64,000 nucleotides of DNA, taken from NCBI GenBank assembly GCA_023267275.1, contig JAHFNO010000005.1:9462-73461 (forward strand). The letters are read 5' to 3'. Positions 1 through 7,864 of this stretch are shown in pieces (the first letter of the stretch is position 1; every line of letters begins with the position of its first letter). The notes beneath the pieces are model-generated. The model had not been told where the DNA came from. It did not search any database and was given only the letters and a program-made list of their open reading frames with translations. This stretch comes from Candidatus Nomurabacteria bacterium. Lineage in GTDB: Bacteria; Patescibacteriota; Minisyncoccia; Phycocordibacterales; UBA9973. The translations under genes were made by a program, and so were the position numbers.

Positions 1-258
1 TTTACAAACGCAATTGAAAAAATACTTATTGAAAAATTTAAAAATGAAACAATAAAGTATCTCGAGCGTTATCAAGCAAGTACAACTGCTAGTATTATAC
101 AAGAAAAATTAACAAGAATGCTTTCTTTTGGAATAAATGAAACAAATGCTCTACAATCAATTTCCGATCTGAAAGATAAATCTGGTAAATATATTAAAAA
201 TTTTTTAAAGAAAGCGGATTCTATTAAAAATATTGATATAATTAAGCGGGTAGAGTAA
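1..258 (+). CDS. Partial hypothetical protein (3' end only, AT-rich)
   Basis: Frame 1 is open from base 1 (FTNAIEKILIEKFKNE...KRVE) to TAA at 256-258; not in the ORF track because the start lies outside the window. Confidence 0.6.
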   Translation, partial: FTNAIEKILIEKFKNETIKYLERYQASTTASIIQEKLTRMLSFGINETNALQSISDLKDKSGKYIKNFLKKADSIKNIDIIKRVE

Positions 259-551
259 CGCTGATTTCGTGTGAATGGAACTGACAAGGCTTGCCTACTT
301 TGTGTTCAATTGTTCTTGAGTTATTCTAGTTTAAATACTAGAGTGGTTTTACCTAAGTTTTAAACAGGACAGAATCACAATTTTAGAAATGATTTGTGCT
401 TAAGCGCTTGTAAAAATGGCACAGTATTTAGAATTAAAGTTAGTGAATAAGAATTTAAAGTAATATGCGGGTTCGATTCTTGGAGGGGTGCTCGATTTCG
501 AAAGGCCAAAAACCTTACAAAATATGAGACCTCCGCATCGACCTTGGTTGT

Positions 552-640
552 GGTCACGAATCACTAAGTCTACTCGGGTTATTACACCCTGTGCGGACAA
601 AGTGTTCGCGACCCCACCTCGCCTGTCGCAGGGCGACATG
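552..640 (-). repeat. tRNA-downstream structured motif, copy 1 (after tRNA-Arg)
   Basis: Shares tcactaagtctactcgg (561-577 = 845-861) and gcgaccccacctcg with copy 2; long imperfect hairpin. Confidence 0.75.
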
Positions 641-697
641 GCTGTGGTCGGCACAAGTACAAAGAAAGACTGAAGCAGTTCAGTCTTTCTCGTCTTG

Positions 698-769
698 TGC
701 CCTTGCTAGGAATCGAACCTAGAATAGCGGCTTAGAAGTCCGCAGTTATATCCATTTAACTACAAGGGC
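698..769 (-). tRNA. tRNA-Arg (anticodon TCT)
   Basis: Reverse complement folds into a cloverleaf: acceptor gcccttg/caagggc, anticodon loop cttctaa, T-arm ctagg-ttcgatt-cctag; CCA not encoded. Confidence 0.93.
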
Positions 770-834
770 AAAAAAATAAGGGGAACATGTGTAGCATACA
801 AAAATAGCTGGCGAAACGCCAGCTATTTTTGTAT

Positions 835-922
835 GGGCCACAAGTCACTAAGTCTACTCGGCTGAGTACAGCCTGTGTGGACTAAGTGCTCTGCGACCCC
901 ACCTCGTGGTCGCAGAGCGACA
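835..922 (-). repeat. tRNA-downstream structured motif, copy 2 (after tRNA-Val)
   Basis: Paralog of 552-640 with compensatory changes in the inner stem (ggctg/cagcc vs gggt/accc). Confidence 0.75.
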
Positions 923-986
923 TCACTACGGTTCACAAAAACGAGGAAAACTGCATAAATGCAGTTTTCCTAAATTCACGTTTTTG

Positions 987-1059
987 TGCGCGATGCAGGG
1001 CTCGAACCTGCGACCATCCGTGTGTAAAACGGGCGCTCTACCAACTGAGCTAATCGCGC
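987..1059 (-). tRNA. tRNA-Val (anticodon TAC)
   Basis: Reverse complement gcgcgattagctcagttggtagagcgcccgtTTTACACacggatggtcgcaggttcgagccctgcatcgcgca; canonical cloverleaf. Confidence 0.95.
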
Positions 1060-1114
1060 GTTCATTATTTATACACTAATAGCCTTGCTATATCAAGTTA
1101 ATATTATACTGGTT

Positions 1115-1139
1115 AATATACCATATTATATGGTATATT
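1115..1139. promoter_or_regulatory. Perfect 12+1+12 palindrome overlapping the probable -10 of the 1146 ORF (candidate operator)
   Basis: aatataccatat-t-atatggtatatt, ending 6 nt before ATG 1146. Confidence 0.5.
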
Positions 1140-1145
1140 CTACTT

Positions 1146-1817
1146 ATGAATTTGGCTGGAAAAGAAAAAGCAAGAATCTTGCGTAAACAGGGAAAGTCCA
1201 TTAATCAAATTGTCGCCGAGTCAGGGCTTTCAAAAGCAAGTGTAAGTGTTTGGGTTCGTGATATTGTTCTCACAAAATCACAAAAAAATAAAATTACTGA
1301 ACGAGGAAGGAGTATGGAATCCATTGAAAAAAGACGCTTAAGTCGTCTTGCAAACGAATATAAAAAAACTAGATCGGTGATGGATAGTGCGAAGAAAGAC
1401 ATTTCAAGCATTTCATTGCACGAGCTTAAAATTATCGGATCAATGCTGTACCTTGGTGAAGGAGGAAAAACAAGAAAAGGCATGGTTCGTTTGGCAAATA
1501 GCGACCCACTCATTATTCAAATGACAATGCGATTTTTTCGAGAAGTTTGTCTTGTCCCTGAAAATAAATTTTATGGACATATTCATACCTTTGATAATGC
1601 TGATGTTGAAAAAACTGAAAAGTATTGGTCAAAGATAACAAAAATTCCTCGAAAGCAATTTTATAAAACGTATGTAAAGCAAAGTACTGCGAGCTTGCAT
1701 AAGCGTAAAACATTGCCATACGGAACTTGCGAGATAGGTGTTTGTGACACAAAACTTTTCCTTACGATTATGGGCTGGATTGAAAAAATAAAAGAGTTAA
1801 CAACAAATGTTCAATAA
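1146..1817 (+). CDS. HTH domain plus LAGLIDADG-like protein (CPR-type), divergent from tRNA-Val
   Basis: N-terminal HTH (GKSINQIVAESGLSKASVSVWV); single LAGLIDADG-like helix GSMLYLGEGGK followed by RLANSDP. Confidence 0.65.
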   Translation: MNLAGKEKARILRKQGKSINQIVAESGLSKASVSVWVRDIVLTKSQKNKITERGRSMESIEKRRLSRLANEYKKTRSVMDSAKKDISSISLHELKIIGSMLYLGEGGKTRKGMVRLANSDPLIIQMTMRFFREVCLVPENKFYGHIHTFDNADVEKTEKYWSKITKIPRKQFYKTYVKQSTASLHKRKTLPYGTCEIGVCDTKLFLTIMGWIEKIKELTTNVQ

Positions 1818-1850
1818 TGCAAAAGACCGCCAATGGCGGTCTTTTGCATT
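1816..1850. terminator. Bidirectional intrinsic terminator
   Basis: aatgcaaaagaccgcc-aat-ggcggtcttttgcatt between convergent ORFs. Confidence 0.8.
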
Positions 1851-1852
1851 CA

Positions 1853-2029
1853 TTAACTTTTTGCTTCTTCCTTGCGAGCATTCATTTCTTCATTATATTC
1901 TTCTTCGCTCATACTTGCATATGTGCCATCTGGCATTTTTTGCAATGAACGAGGGTTACCTTTTGCATCAACAAGCTCGTTGCTTCCTCCTTGTGGTGTT
2001 ATCGGGGAACGGTTCGGGTTAGTTTCCAT
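1853..2029 (-). CDS. Small hypothetical protein (58 aa, below ORF-track cutoff)
   Basis: METNPNRSPITPQGGSNELVDAKGNPRSLQKMPDGTYASMSEEEYNEEMNARKEEAKS*, ending just before the bidirectional terminator. Confidence 0.6.
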   Translation of the reverse strand: METNPNRSPITPQGGSNELVDAKGNPRSLQKMPDGTYASMSEEEYNEEMNARKEEAKS

Positions 2030-2082
2030 GGTCTATTGACAAATTAGATAATAATTGCTATTATACACGCAAATAGACCTAT

Positions 2083-2583
2083 ATGTCAATAGACGAAAAT
2101 GTTATTGTTTTGCAAGGAGATTTTAACGCTCCTATGGTTAAGTTCTTTAAAGAAGCACTGCGAAGGCAACCCAAAAATGAGAGTATTGTATGCAGAATCG
2201 ATTCTCTTGGTGGTAATGGTCATTCGATGAATTTCATGAGTGGTCACATGGCAGTTATGACAAAATATCATAAAAGCCGTTTTATATCACAAATTGTTGT
2301 AGCCGAATCAGCAGCACTGATTTTTGCAGTCAATATGCATGAACGACATGTTACAAAATCAAGTGTTGGCTCCATACATTTGCCTGTGAGAAACATGAAT
2401 GTGATTGTAGGCGCACACGAGCCTAACCTCGAGATAAAAAACAAAAGTGTGATTGATCATTTTGTATCAAGAACGAAGCTTACCGCGAAGGAAGTAATTT
2501 CCCTTGAGGGAAAGTTTTTGTCTGCTGAAGAAATGCTTTATTATGGAATTGCAACTAAATTAGTTGAAAGTTTCCAAATCTAA
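2083..2583 (+). CDS. Divergent ClpP/crotonase-like protease subunit
   Basis: Motifs IDSLGG, AESAA (Ser), SIHLP (His), FLSAEEMLYYGIATK resemble ClpP. Confidence 0.65.
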   Translation: MSIDENVIVLQGDFNAPMVKFFKEALRRQPKNESIVCRIDSLGGNGHSMNFMSGHMAVMTKYHKSRFISQIVVAESAALIFAVNMHERHVTKSSVGSIHLPVRNMNVIVGAHEPNLEIKNKSVIDHFVSRTKLTAKEVISLEGKFLSAEEMLYYGIATKLVESFQI

Positions 2584-2655
2584 TTAACTCACCGTTTGCG
2601 CTATAAGCGTACGCGGTGTTTATTTTTTTATACACAATACGCTATACTCACCATA

Positions 2656-3495
2656 ATGATTAATATTCCCATTCTCTACGAAGACGACAATTGTCTTTTT
2701 ATAAATAAGCCGGCGGGGCTTTCTGTGCATGCAGATGGAAAGTCGGATCAATATACTCTTGCCGACTGGATTTTGGAAAAATACCCAACGCTTCTTGCGG
2801 TGGGTGAGCCAATTAAAATGCAGGTACGTGGAGAAGAAATCAGTATTCCAAAACCAGGCATTGTGCATCGTCTCGACAAAGATACTTCCGGCGTCATGCT
2901 TCTTGCAAAAACACATGAGGCGTACGAATTTTTTAAAAAACAATTTCAAGCTCACGAGATTGCAAAAATATACCACTGTTTCGTGTATGGATGGATCAAG
3001 GAAGACCAACAAACAATAGATAGTCCAATCGGACGCGATGCGGGAAATATTCGTCGTTGGGTCGTGGGCAATCTCGCGCGCGGAATGATGCGTGATGCAG
3101 TGACGCACATTCAGGTGCTCAAACGGTTTGGCGCTCCGATGCAGGGGAGCAAGCGAGTTGTTGTAGCCGAGGCTCCTATCGGCGGGAGTACTGAAAAAGG
3201 TACATATTCTTTTGTAGAAGCTCGTCCTCGAACTGGTCGTACACACCAGATTCGTGTGCATTTGCGTTCGATAAACCACCCAATCGTAAGTGACTCACTC
3301 TATGCTCAAAAGCGCGAACCAGCCCTCGGATTTACTCGCCAAGCGCTCCATGCGCGAGAGCTTCGCCTCGCATTACCAAACGGCGAAACAAAGACAGTCG
3401 TTGCTCCATACCCTGAAGATTTCAAAAGAGCACTAGAACAAGAGAACATTGGATCACTAGAACATAAAAACAATAAACAAGAAAACAAAGGATAA
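2656..3495 (+). CDS. RluA-family RNA pseudouridine synthase
   Basis: INKPAGL, GIVHRLDKDTSG, TGRTHQIRVH, LHA motifs; start taken at ATG 2656. Confidence 0.95.
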   Translation: MINIPILYEDDNCLFINKPAGLSVHADGKSDQYTLADWILEKYPTLLAVGEPIKMQVRGEEISIPKPGIVHRLDKDTSGVMLLAKTHEAYEFFKKQFQAHEIAKIYHCFVYGWIKEDQQTIDSPIGRDAGNIRRWVVGNLARGMMRDAVTHIQVLKRFGAPMQGSKRVVVAEAPIGGSTEKGTYSFVEARPRTGRTHQIRVHLRSINHPIVSDSLYAQKREPALGFTRQALHARELRLALPNGETKTVVAPYPEDFKRALEQENIGSLEHKNNKQENKG

Positions 3496-3649
3496 AAGCA
3501 TGATCGTATGTCTTTGTTTTTGGACTTATTGTTATGGTGATTTTTGTTCTTGTGTTTTTATGTCTTCTATGGTAATGTACCTCAGTATTTATGGAATTGC
3601 GGATTCGAGCTTTCTATAACCTATAACCTAACCCCTAGAACCTATTTAT

Positions 3650-4057
3650 ATGGCATTAACCCTTACACCAGTAAAAAAAGAAGATCGCGCAGCAATTGAT
3701 TTCGCATCAGGCGATACTGTGCGCGTCTGGGTGAAGATTCCTGAAAAAGGAAAGTTTCGCCTCCAGGCATTTGAAGGTCTCGTTCTCGCTCGCAAACACG
3801 GTGCTGAAATCGGTGCAACATTTACTGTCCGCAAGATTGCCAGTGGTGTGGGAGTAGAACGTATTTTCCCATTGTTTTCACCAATGATTGATTCTATTGA
3901 AGTCATCAAAAAATCAGGAGCACGCCGAAGCAAGCTCTATTACGTTCGCGAAAAAGCAGTTCGTGATATCCGTAAGAAAATGAAAAGTGTTCGCGTGATT
4001 GCAGATGCAACTCCAGACGAAGTAGAAGAAGTCGCAGAAGAAAAAGTAGAAGCATAA
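3650..4057 (+). CDS. rplS: 50S ribosomal protein L19
   Basis: [38 protein letters not shown]. Confidence 0.98.
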   Translation: MALTLTPVKKEDRAAIDFASGDTVRVWVKIPEKGKFRLQAFEGLVLARKHGAEIGATFTVRKIASGVGVERIFPLFSPMIDSIEVIKKSGARRSKLYYVREKAVRDIRKKMKSVRVIADATPDEVEEVAEEKVEA

Positions 4058-4060
4058 TAC

Positions 4061-4094
4061 AAAACAAAATCCCTCGCTCGAGGGATTTTGTTTT
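4061..4094 (+). terminator. Intrinsic terminator after rplS
   Basis: aaaacaaaatccctc-gctc-gagggattttgtttt. Confidence 0.8.
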
Positions 4095-4143
4095 GAGAAT
4101 AATTGGTAGACGCTATACCCTAGAGGTATGGTATAATCTACAC

Positions 4144-4818
4144 ATGGGGAAGAGAGGACCAAAGCCAAAACGAATTATAAGCGAGAAATGGAATGCCAAT
4201 TTGGCGTATGCAATTGGTTTAATTGCCACAGATGGTTGCTTGTCAAAGGATAATCTCTTGATTGATTTAACCTCCAAAGATAGAGAGCAGTTATTAAATT
4301 TTTCCCAATGCCTTGGAATAAAATTTACGATAGGCAGTAAGTTGAATGGTCATGGAGGTAAAAATTTAAGAATTCAATTTAAAAACAGAATTTTTTACGA
4401 TTTTCTTTTGTCTATTGGTTTAACTCCAAAAAAATCACTAACTATGGGCAAATTGGCAATACCAAAAAAATACTTTTTTGATTTTTTGAGAGGATGTTTT
4501 GATGGGGATGGTAGTTTCTACTCATATTGGGATCCACGTTGGCGTTCCAGTCACATGTTTTACATAGAGTTTGTCTCTGCGAGTTTAGATCATTTGTTGT
4601 GGCTTCAAGAAGAAATACAAAAAGAAGTTGAAGTTAAGGGGCATATCACTGGGAGAAAAAAGAAAGCATTTTTTCAGTTAAAATACGCAAAGAAAGAAGC
4701 ACTGGCAATTATTAAAAAAATGTACTATAATCGTCGAGTCATTTGCCTTTCTCGAAAGAAGATAAAAATTGAGAAAGCGCTTGTGGTAGAGAAGAAGCAA
4801 CAGAAAAAGTATATATAG
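4144..4818 (+). CDS. LAGLIDADG homing-endonuclease-like protein
   Basis: Two motifs, AIGLIATDGC and FLRGCFDGDG; stop codon abuts tRNA-Leu. Confidence 0.85.
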   Translation: MGKRGPKPKRIISEKWNANLAYAIGLIATDGCLSKDNLLIDLTSKDREQLLNFSQCLGIKFTIGSKLNGHGGKNLRIQFKNRIFYDFLLSIGLTPKKSLTMGKLAIPKKYFFDFLRGCFDGDGSFYSYWDPRWRSSHMFYIEFVSASLDHLLWLQEEIQKEVEVKGHITGRKKKAFFQLKYAKKEALAIIKKMYYNRRVICLSRKKIKIEKALVVEKKQQKKYI

Positions 4819-4900
4819 GCGCGAGTGGCGTAATTGGTAAACGCGCCATCTTGAGGTGGTGGTGCCGCAAGGCGTGGAGGTTCAAGTCCTCTCTCGCGCA
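4819..4900 (+). tRNA. tRNA-Leu (anticodon GAG)
   Basis: Acceptor gcgcgag/ctcgcgc, anticodon arm ccatc-ttGAGgt-ggtgg, long variable arm gcc-gcaa-ggc, T-loop ttcaagt. Confidence 0.95.
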
Positions 4901-5004
4901 CAAAAAACAAATGAGGCGAACCCATGTGGTTCGCCGATTTTGTTTTGTAGTGAGGGAGAGGGCTTGAAAGTCGCAGGTGCGAAGCCGGTCTGAAAGACCG
5001 TTAC

Positions 5005-5055
5005 CGAGGCGGGGTCGAGAAATTTTGATTGTAATCAAGCAGAATATTCGTGATC
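5005..5055 (+). repeat. tRNA-downstream structured motif, copy 3 (after tRNA-Leu)
   Basis: cgaggcggggtcgagaa...attcgtgatc matches the tRNA-strand reading of copy 1 (cgaggtggggtcgcgaa...attcgtgacc). Confidence 0.6.
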
Positions 5056-5208
5056 AAGTTCTCTCTCACAGACAGAAAAAGACCCTTACATTGTAAAGGT
5101 ATTTTTCTATATAACTTTTAGGTTTGAATCTGTTGTGTTTCTTGCAGACTCATTCTTATGAGTATTTTTGCCTAGACAACAAGATTGTGCATACTGTATA
5201 CTTTTTTC

Positions 5209-6051
5209 ATGAGCCTAGAATGGTCTAAAAGTCCCGCCCGAAATGAGGCCGTTGATATCCAAAAGCAAGCCAAGAAAACCAGAGAAGAAATTTATTACGA
5301 CAATGAGCAAGTCCGGAGCGAATCTTTTATTGAAAATCACGATGATAGTGATAATTTTGAATGGCAGAAGGATGGAGATATCTCAAGGGATCAAACGGAG
5401 CGTTTTGTAACAAATGCTGAAAACATAACAGAAAAATCAATTATTGAAAAAGCCCTCCAAGCCTTGATCAAACAGAAAGAGGAACGTCAACGCATTATAG
5501 AAAAATACCCAGAAGCGTATAAGGAATTTCCTCATTATCATACTATTTCTTCGGAAATCTCAAGATTAAGTAATGCGATTAACGCTTTACAAAGAGAAAG
5601 AAGCGAGGTTACAGCTATCGAGAAAGTGCTTAATGGTAAAGAATCATGGTGGGTTGATGACTCAACAGAAAAATATGTTAAAGAAAAATTTCATGAAAAT
5701 GAGCTTTGGCAAGTCGCATTAAAGAAGGCTCGTAGTAGAGACGAGTGGATCGAGCGTATTTCCTCTGGTCGTATTAGTGGAGTATTTGAGAAAATTCTAA
5801 TGAAGGTCGTAGCAAAACAAATCTTGAAACCAAGATACGATGAGTTAGTTGAAAAAATGGAAGATTACAATGAGAAAATAATTACTTTAGAAGAAGAAAA
5901 GAAAAAATATTTAGTACGAATGAAAGCCCTAGAAGACTTTCTGTATAGTTCGGAATGGGGTGAGTTCTCTAAATTGGAGGATCTTGAGAAAGAAATAAAC
6001 AAGAATATAAGAATTGTTAAAACAATTTCCCAGCGCCATACCTTTAATTAA
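5209..6051 (+). CDS. Hypothetical charged coiled-coil protein
   Basis: Long E/K-rich ORF; no recognisable motif. Confidence 0.7.
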   Translation: MSLEWSKSPARNEAVDIQKQAKKTREEIYYDNEQVRSESFIENHDDSDNFEWQKDGDISRDQTERFVTNAENITEKSIIEKALQALIKQKEERQRIIEKYPEAYKEFPHYHTISSEISRLSNAINALQRERSEVTAIEKVLNGKESWWVDDSTEKYVKEKFHENELWQVALKKARSRDEWIERISSGRISGVFEKILMKVVAKQILKPRYDELVEKMEDYNEKIITLEEEKKKYLVRMKALEDFLYSSEWGEFSKLEDLEKEINKNIRIVKTISQRHTFN

Positions 6052-6074
6052 TAGATAAGTATTATACTGACTTT

Positions 6075-6665
6075 ATGAGTACTGAGGGATTCCCAACATT
6101 TTCTGCGATGCCATCCTCTTCCGAGGAAGAGTCCAATTTTCTTGAAAAGAATATGGCAAGTTTGCAAAAGATTTTTGATATCAATCCTGAGCTTGCTGAA
6201 ATTGGTTCCTTGGATCAATATGCTGCCTATGTCGAGAAAATTTTTCCGAATAGTTTAGTAAAAAATATTGTTTGGCATGGAAGCAAGAAACATTTCAATG
6301 AATTCAAAAGAAAGATATTTAATTTTTTTGGATTAAAACTAAGTCATGGTTTATATTTTGGTGAAAAATATGAACACTCAGAAGTTTTTGCTGGAGAGAA
6401 AGGGAAACTTTTCCCTGCAAAAATTAGTATCGAAAGACCCAATAAGCCAATTATGAAAGTTACAGGTATACCTTTCAATACAAATAAAGGAAATGGTTAT
6501 ATTGGTAAAGATTTTATTGATCGAAATGTAGGGCTTGTTGATGAATATGTGGTATTTGACCCATATCAAATACATATACTTGGCGATAGTAAAGATGCTA
6601 GGGCCTTTAAAGAGTGGACTCTCGGTAATAAAGAGAAATCGTCCTTATTTGAATCCCCTCAGTGA
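6075..6665 (+). CDS. Hypothetical protein, possibly ADP-ribosyltransferase-like
   Basis: VWHGS..F..F...GLYFG and terminal EYVVFDPYQI resemble ART-like domains. Confidence 0.5.
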   Translation: MSTEGFPTFSAMPSSSEEESNFLEKNMASLQKIFDINPELAEIGSLDQYAAYVEKIFPNSLVKNIVWHGSKKHFNEFKRKIFNFFGLKLSHGLYFGEKYEHSEVFAGEKGKLFPAKISIERPNKPIMKVTGIPFNTNKGNGYIGKDFIDRNVGLVDEYVVFDPYQIHILGDSKDARAFKEWTLGNKEKSSLFESPQ

Positions 6666-6723
6666 TTACTGAAAGATTTTTTTCTCTATTCCCATCCAAA
6701 AATACGCAAGGTATACTATGTGT

Positions 6724-7158
6724 ATGAAAAGAACAATCATAACAATTATTGTGCTCGCGGTTACTGTGTTTGTGATGTATCGTGTTTTTTTAAATACTAA
6801 AAATAATGCAACGCCAATTGCGCCGGTTGTTCCTGTATCGCAAACCGAGCAAGCAACAACAGTTCCCGCACAAACTCCTTCGGTAAAAACAGTACAGATT
6901 GAAATAAAAAATTTTGCATTTGCTCCAAAGTCACAAACTATTCAAGTTGGCACTACGGTAACGTGGGTCAATCGCGATAGCGCTCCGCATACGATCGTGT
7001 CTGACACTGGCAACGTTTTGCATTCACCAATGATTGCAAGCGGGGAAACATTTAGTCATACATTTACCGCTACCGACCTTGCAAGCAGTTCAACCACTCT
7101 CAACTATCACTGCAGTATTCATCCAATGATGAAAGGAACTTTGAATTTGATTCAGTAG
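6724..7158 (+). CDS. Cupredoxin/plastocyanin-like copper-binding protein
   Basis: N-terminal TM/signal; [31 protein letters not shown]. Confidence 0.92.
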   Translation: MKRTIITIIVLAVTVFVMYRVFLNTKNNATPIAPVVPVSQTEQATTVPAQTPSVKTVQIEIKNFAFAPKSQTIQVGTTVTWVNRDSAPHTIVSDTGNVLHSPMIASGETFSHTFTATDLASSSTTLNYHCSIHPMMKGTLNLIQ

Positions 7159-7168
7159 TAATTACACT

Positions 7169-7525
7169 ATGAACGAACTCACTCCAGAAGAAAAGCGAGT
7201 CATTATCGACAAGGGAACAGAAGCTCCGTTTACCGGAGAGTATGTAAACAACAAGGCAACAGGCGTATATGTGTGTCGCCAGTGTGGTGCGCCGTTGTAT
7301 AATTCAAAAGACAAATTTGAATCCAATTGTGGCTGGCCAAGTTTTGATGATGAAATTCCTGGAGCGATTCATAAAAGTCTCGATGCAGATGGTATGCGAA
7401 CAGAAATTACTTGCGCAAAATGCGGAGCACACCTCGGTCATGTATTTGTTGGTGAACATTTTACCGATAAAAATATTCGTCACTGTGTGAATTCTATTTC
7501 AATGCGGTTTGTTCCAGGAAAATAA
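7169..7525 (+). CDS. msrB: Methionine-R-sulfoxide reductase
   Basis: [28 protein letters not shown]. Confidence 0.97.
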   Translation: MNELTPEEKRVIIDKGTEAPFTGEYVNNKATGVYVCRQCGAPLYNSKDKFESNCGWPSFDDEIPGAIHKSLDADGMRTEITCAKCGAHLGHVFVGEHFTDKNIRHCVNSISMRFVPGK

Positions 7526-7530
7526 GTATT

Positions 7531-7561
7531 TTGACAAGTATACCCCCGAGGGGGTATACTT
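7531..7561 (+). promoter_or_regulatory. Sigma70 promoter with overlapping CsoR-type operator
   Basis: TTGACA (7531) and TATACT (7555); palindrome aagtataccccc-ga-gggggtatactt (7536-7561) typical of CsoR/RcnR boxes. Confidence 0.85.
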
Positions 7562-7567
7562 TTTTAT

Positions 7568-7831
7568 ATGCATACCGACAAAACAAAACTCATTCGTCGA
7601 CTCAAGATCATTGAAGGGCAAGTGCGTGGACTCCAAGAGCTCATCGAAAAAGATACCTATTGTATTGATGTTATTACGCAAACCTCGGCAATCAAGCAAG
7701 GACTTTCAAACGTTGAAGATCTATTGCTCGAAGGACACCTTGGACATTGTTTGGTAAATCAAATCAAAAAAGGGCAGACGGAGAAGGCTACAAAAGAAAT
7801 TTTAAAAGTCTATGGTCTAAAAAGGAAGTAG
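7568..7831 (+). CDS. csoR: CsoR/RcnR-family metal-sensing repressor
   Basis: RLKIIEGQVRG, YCIDVITQ, HLGHC. Confidence 0.93.
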   Translation: MHTDKTKLIRRLKIIEGQVRGLQELIEKDTYCIDVITQTSAIKQGLSNVEDLLLEGHLGHCLVNQIKKGQTEKATKEILKVYGLKRK

Positions 7832-7864
7832 AAAGCTCAAAGCCTAAAGCTGAAAGTAAAATTT

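Noticed and set aside
466-510. gcgggttcgattc...ggggtgctcgatttcg resembling tRNA or tmRNA ends
   Set aside because: T-stem does not pair, and no acceptor stem or tag ORF could be built
835-935. HDV-like (theta) ribozyme reading of the tRNA-downstream motif
   Set aside because: Could not thread a convincing P1/P1.1/P2/P3 nested pseudoknot by eye; kept only as an unnamed motif
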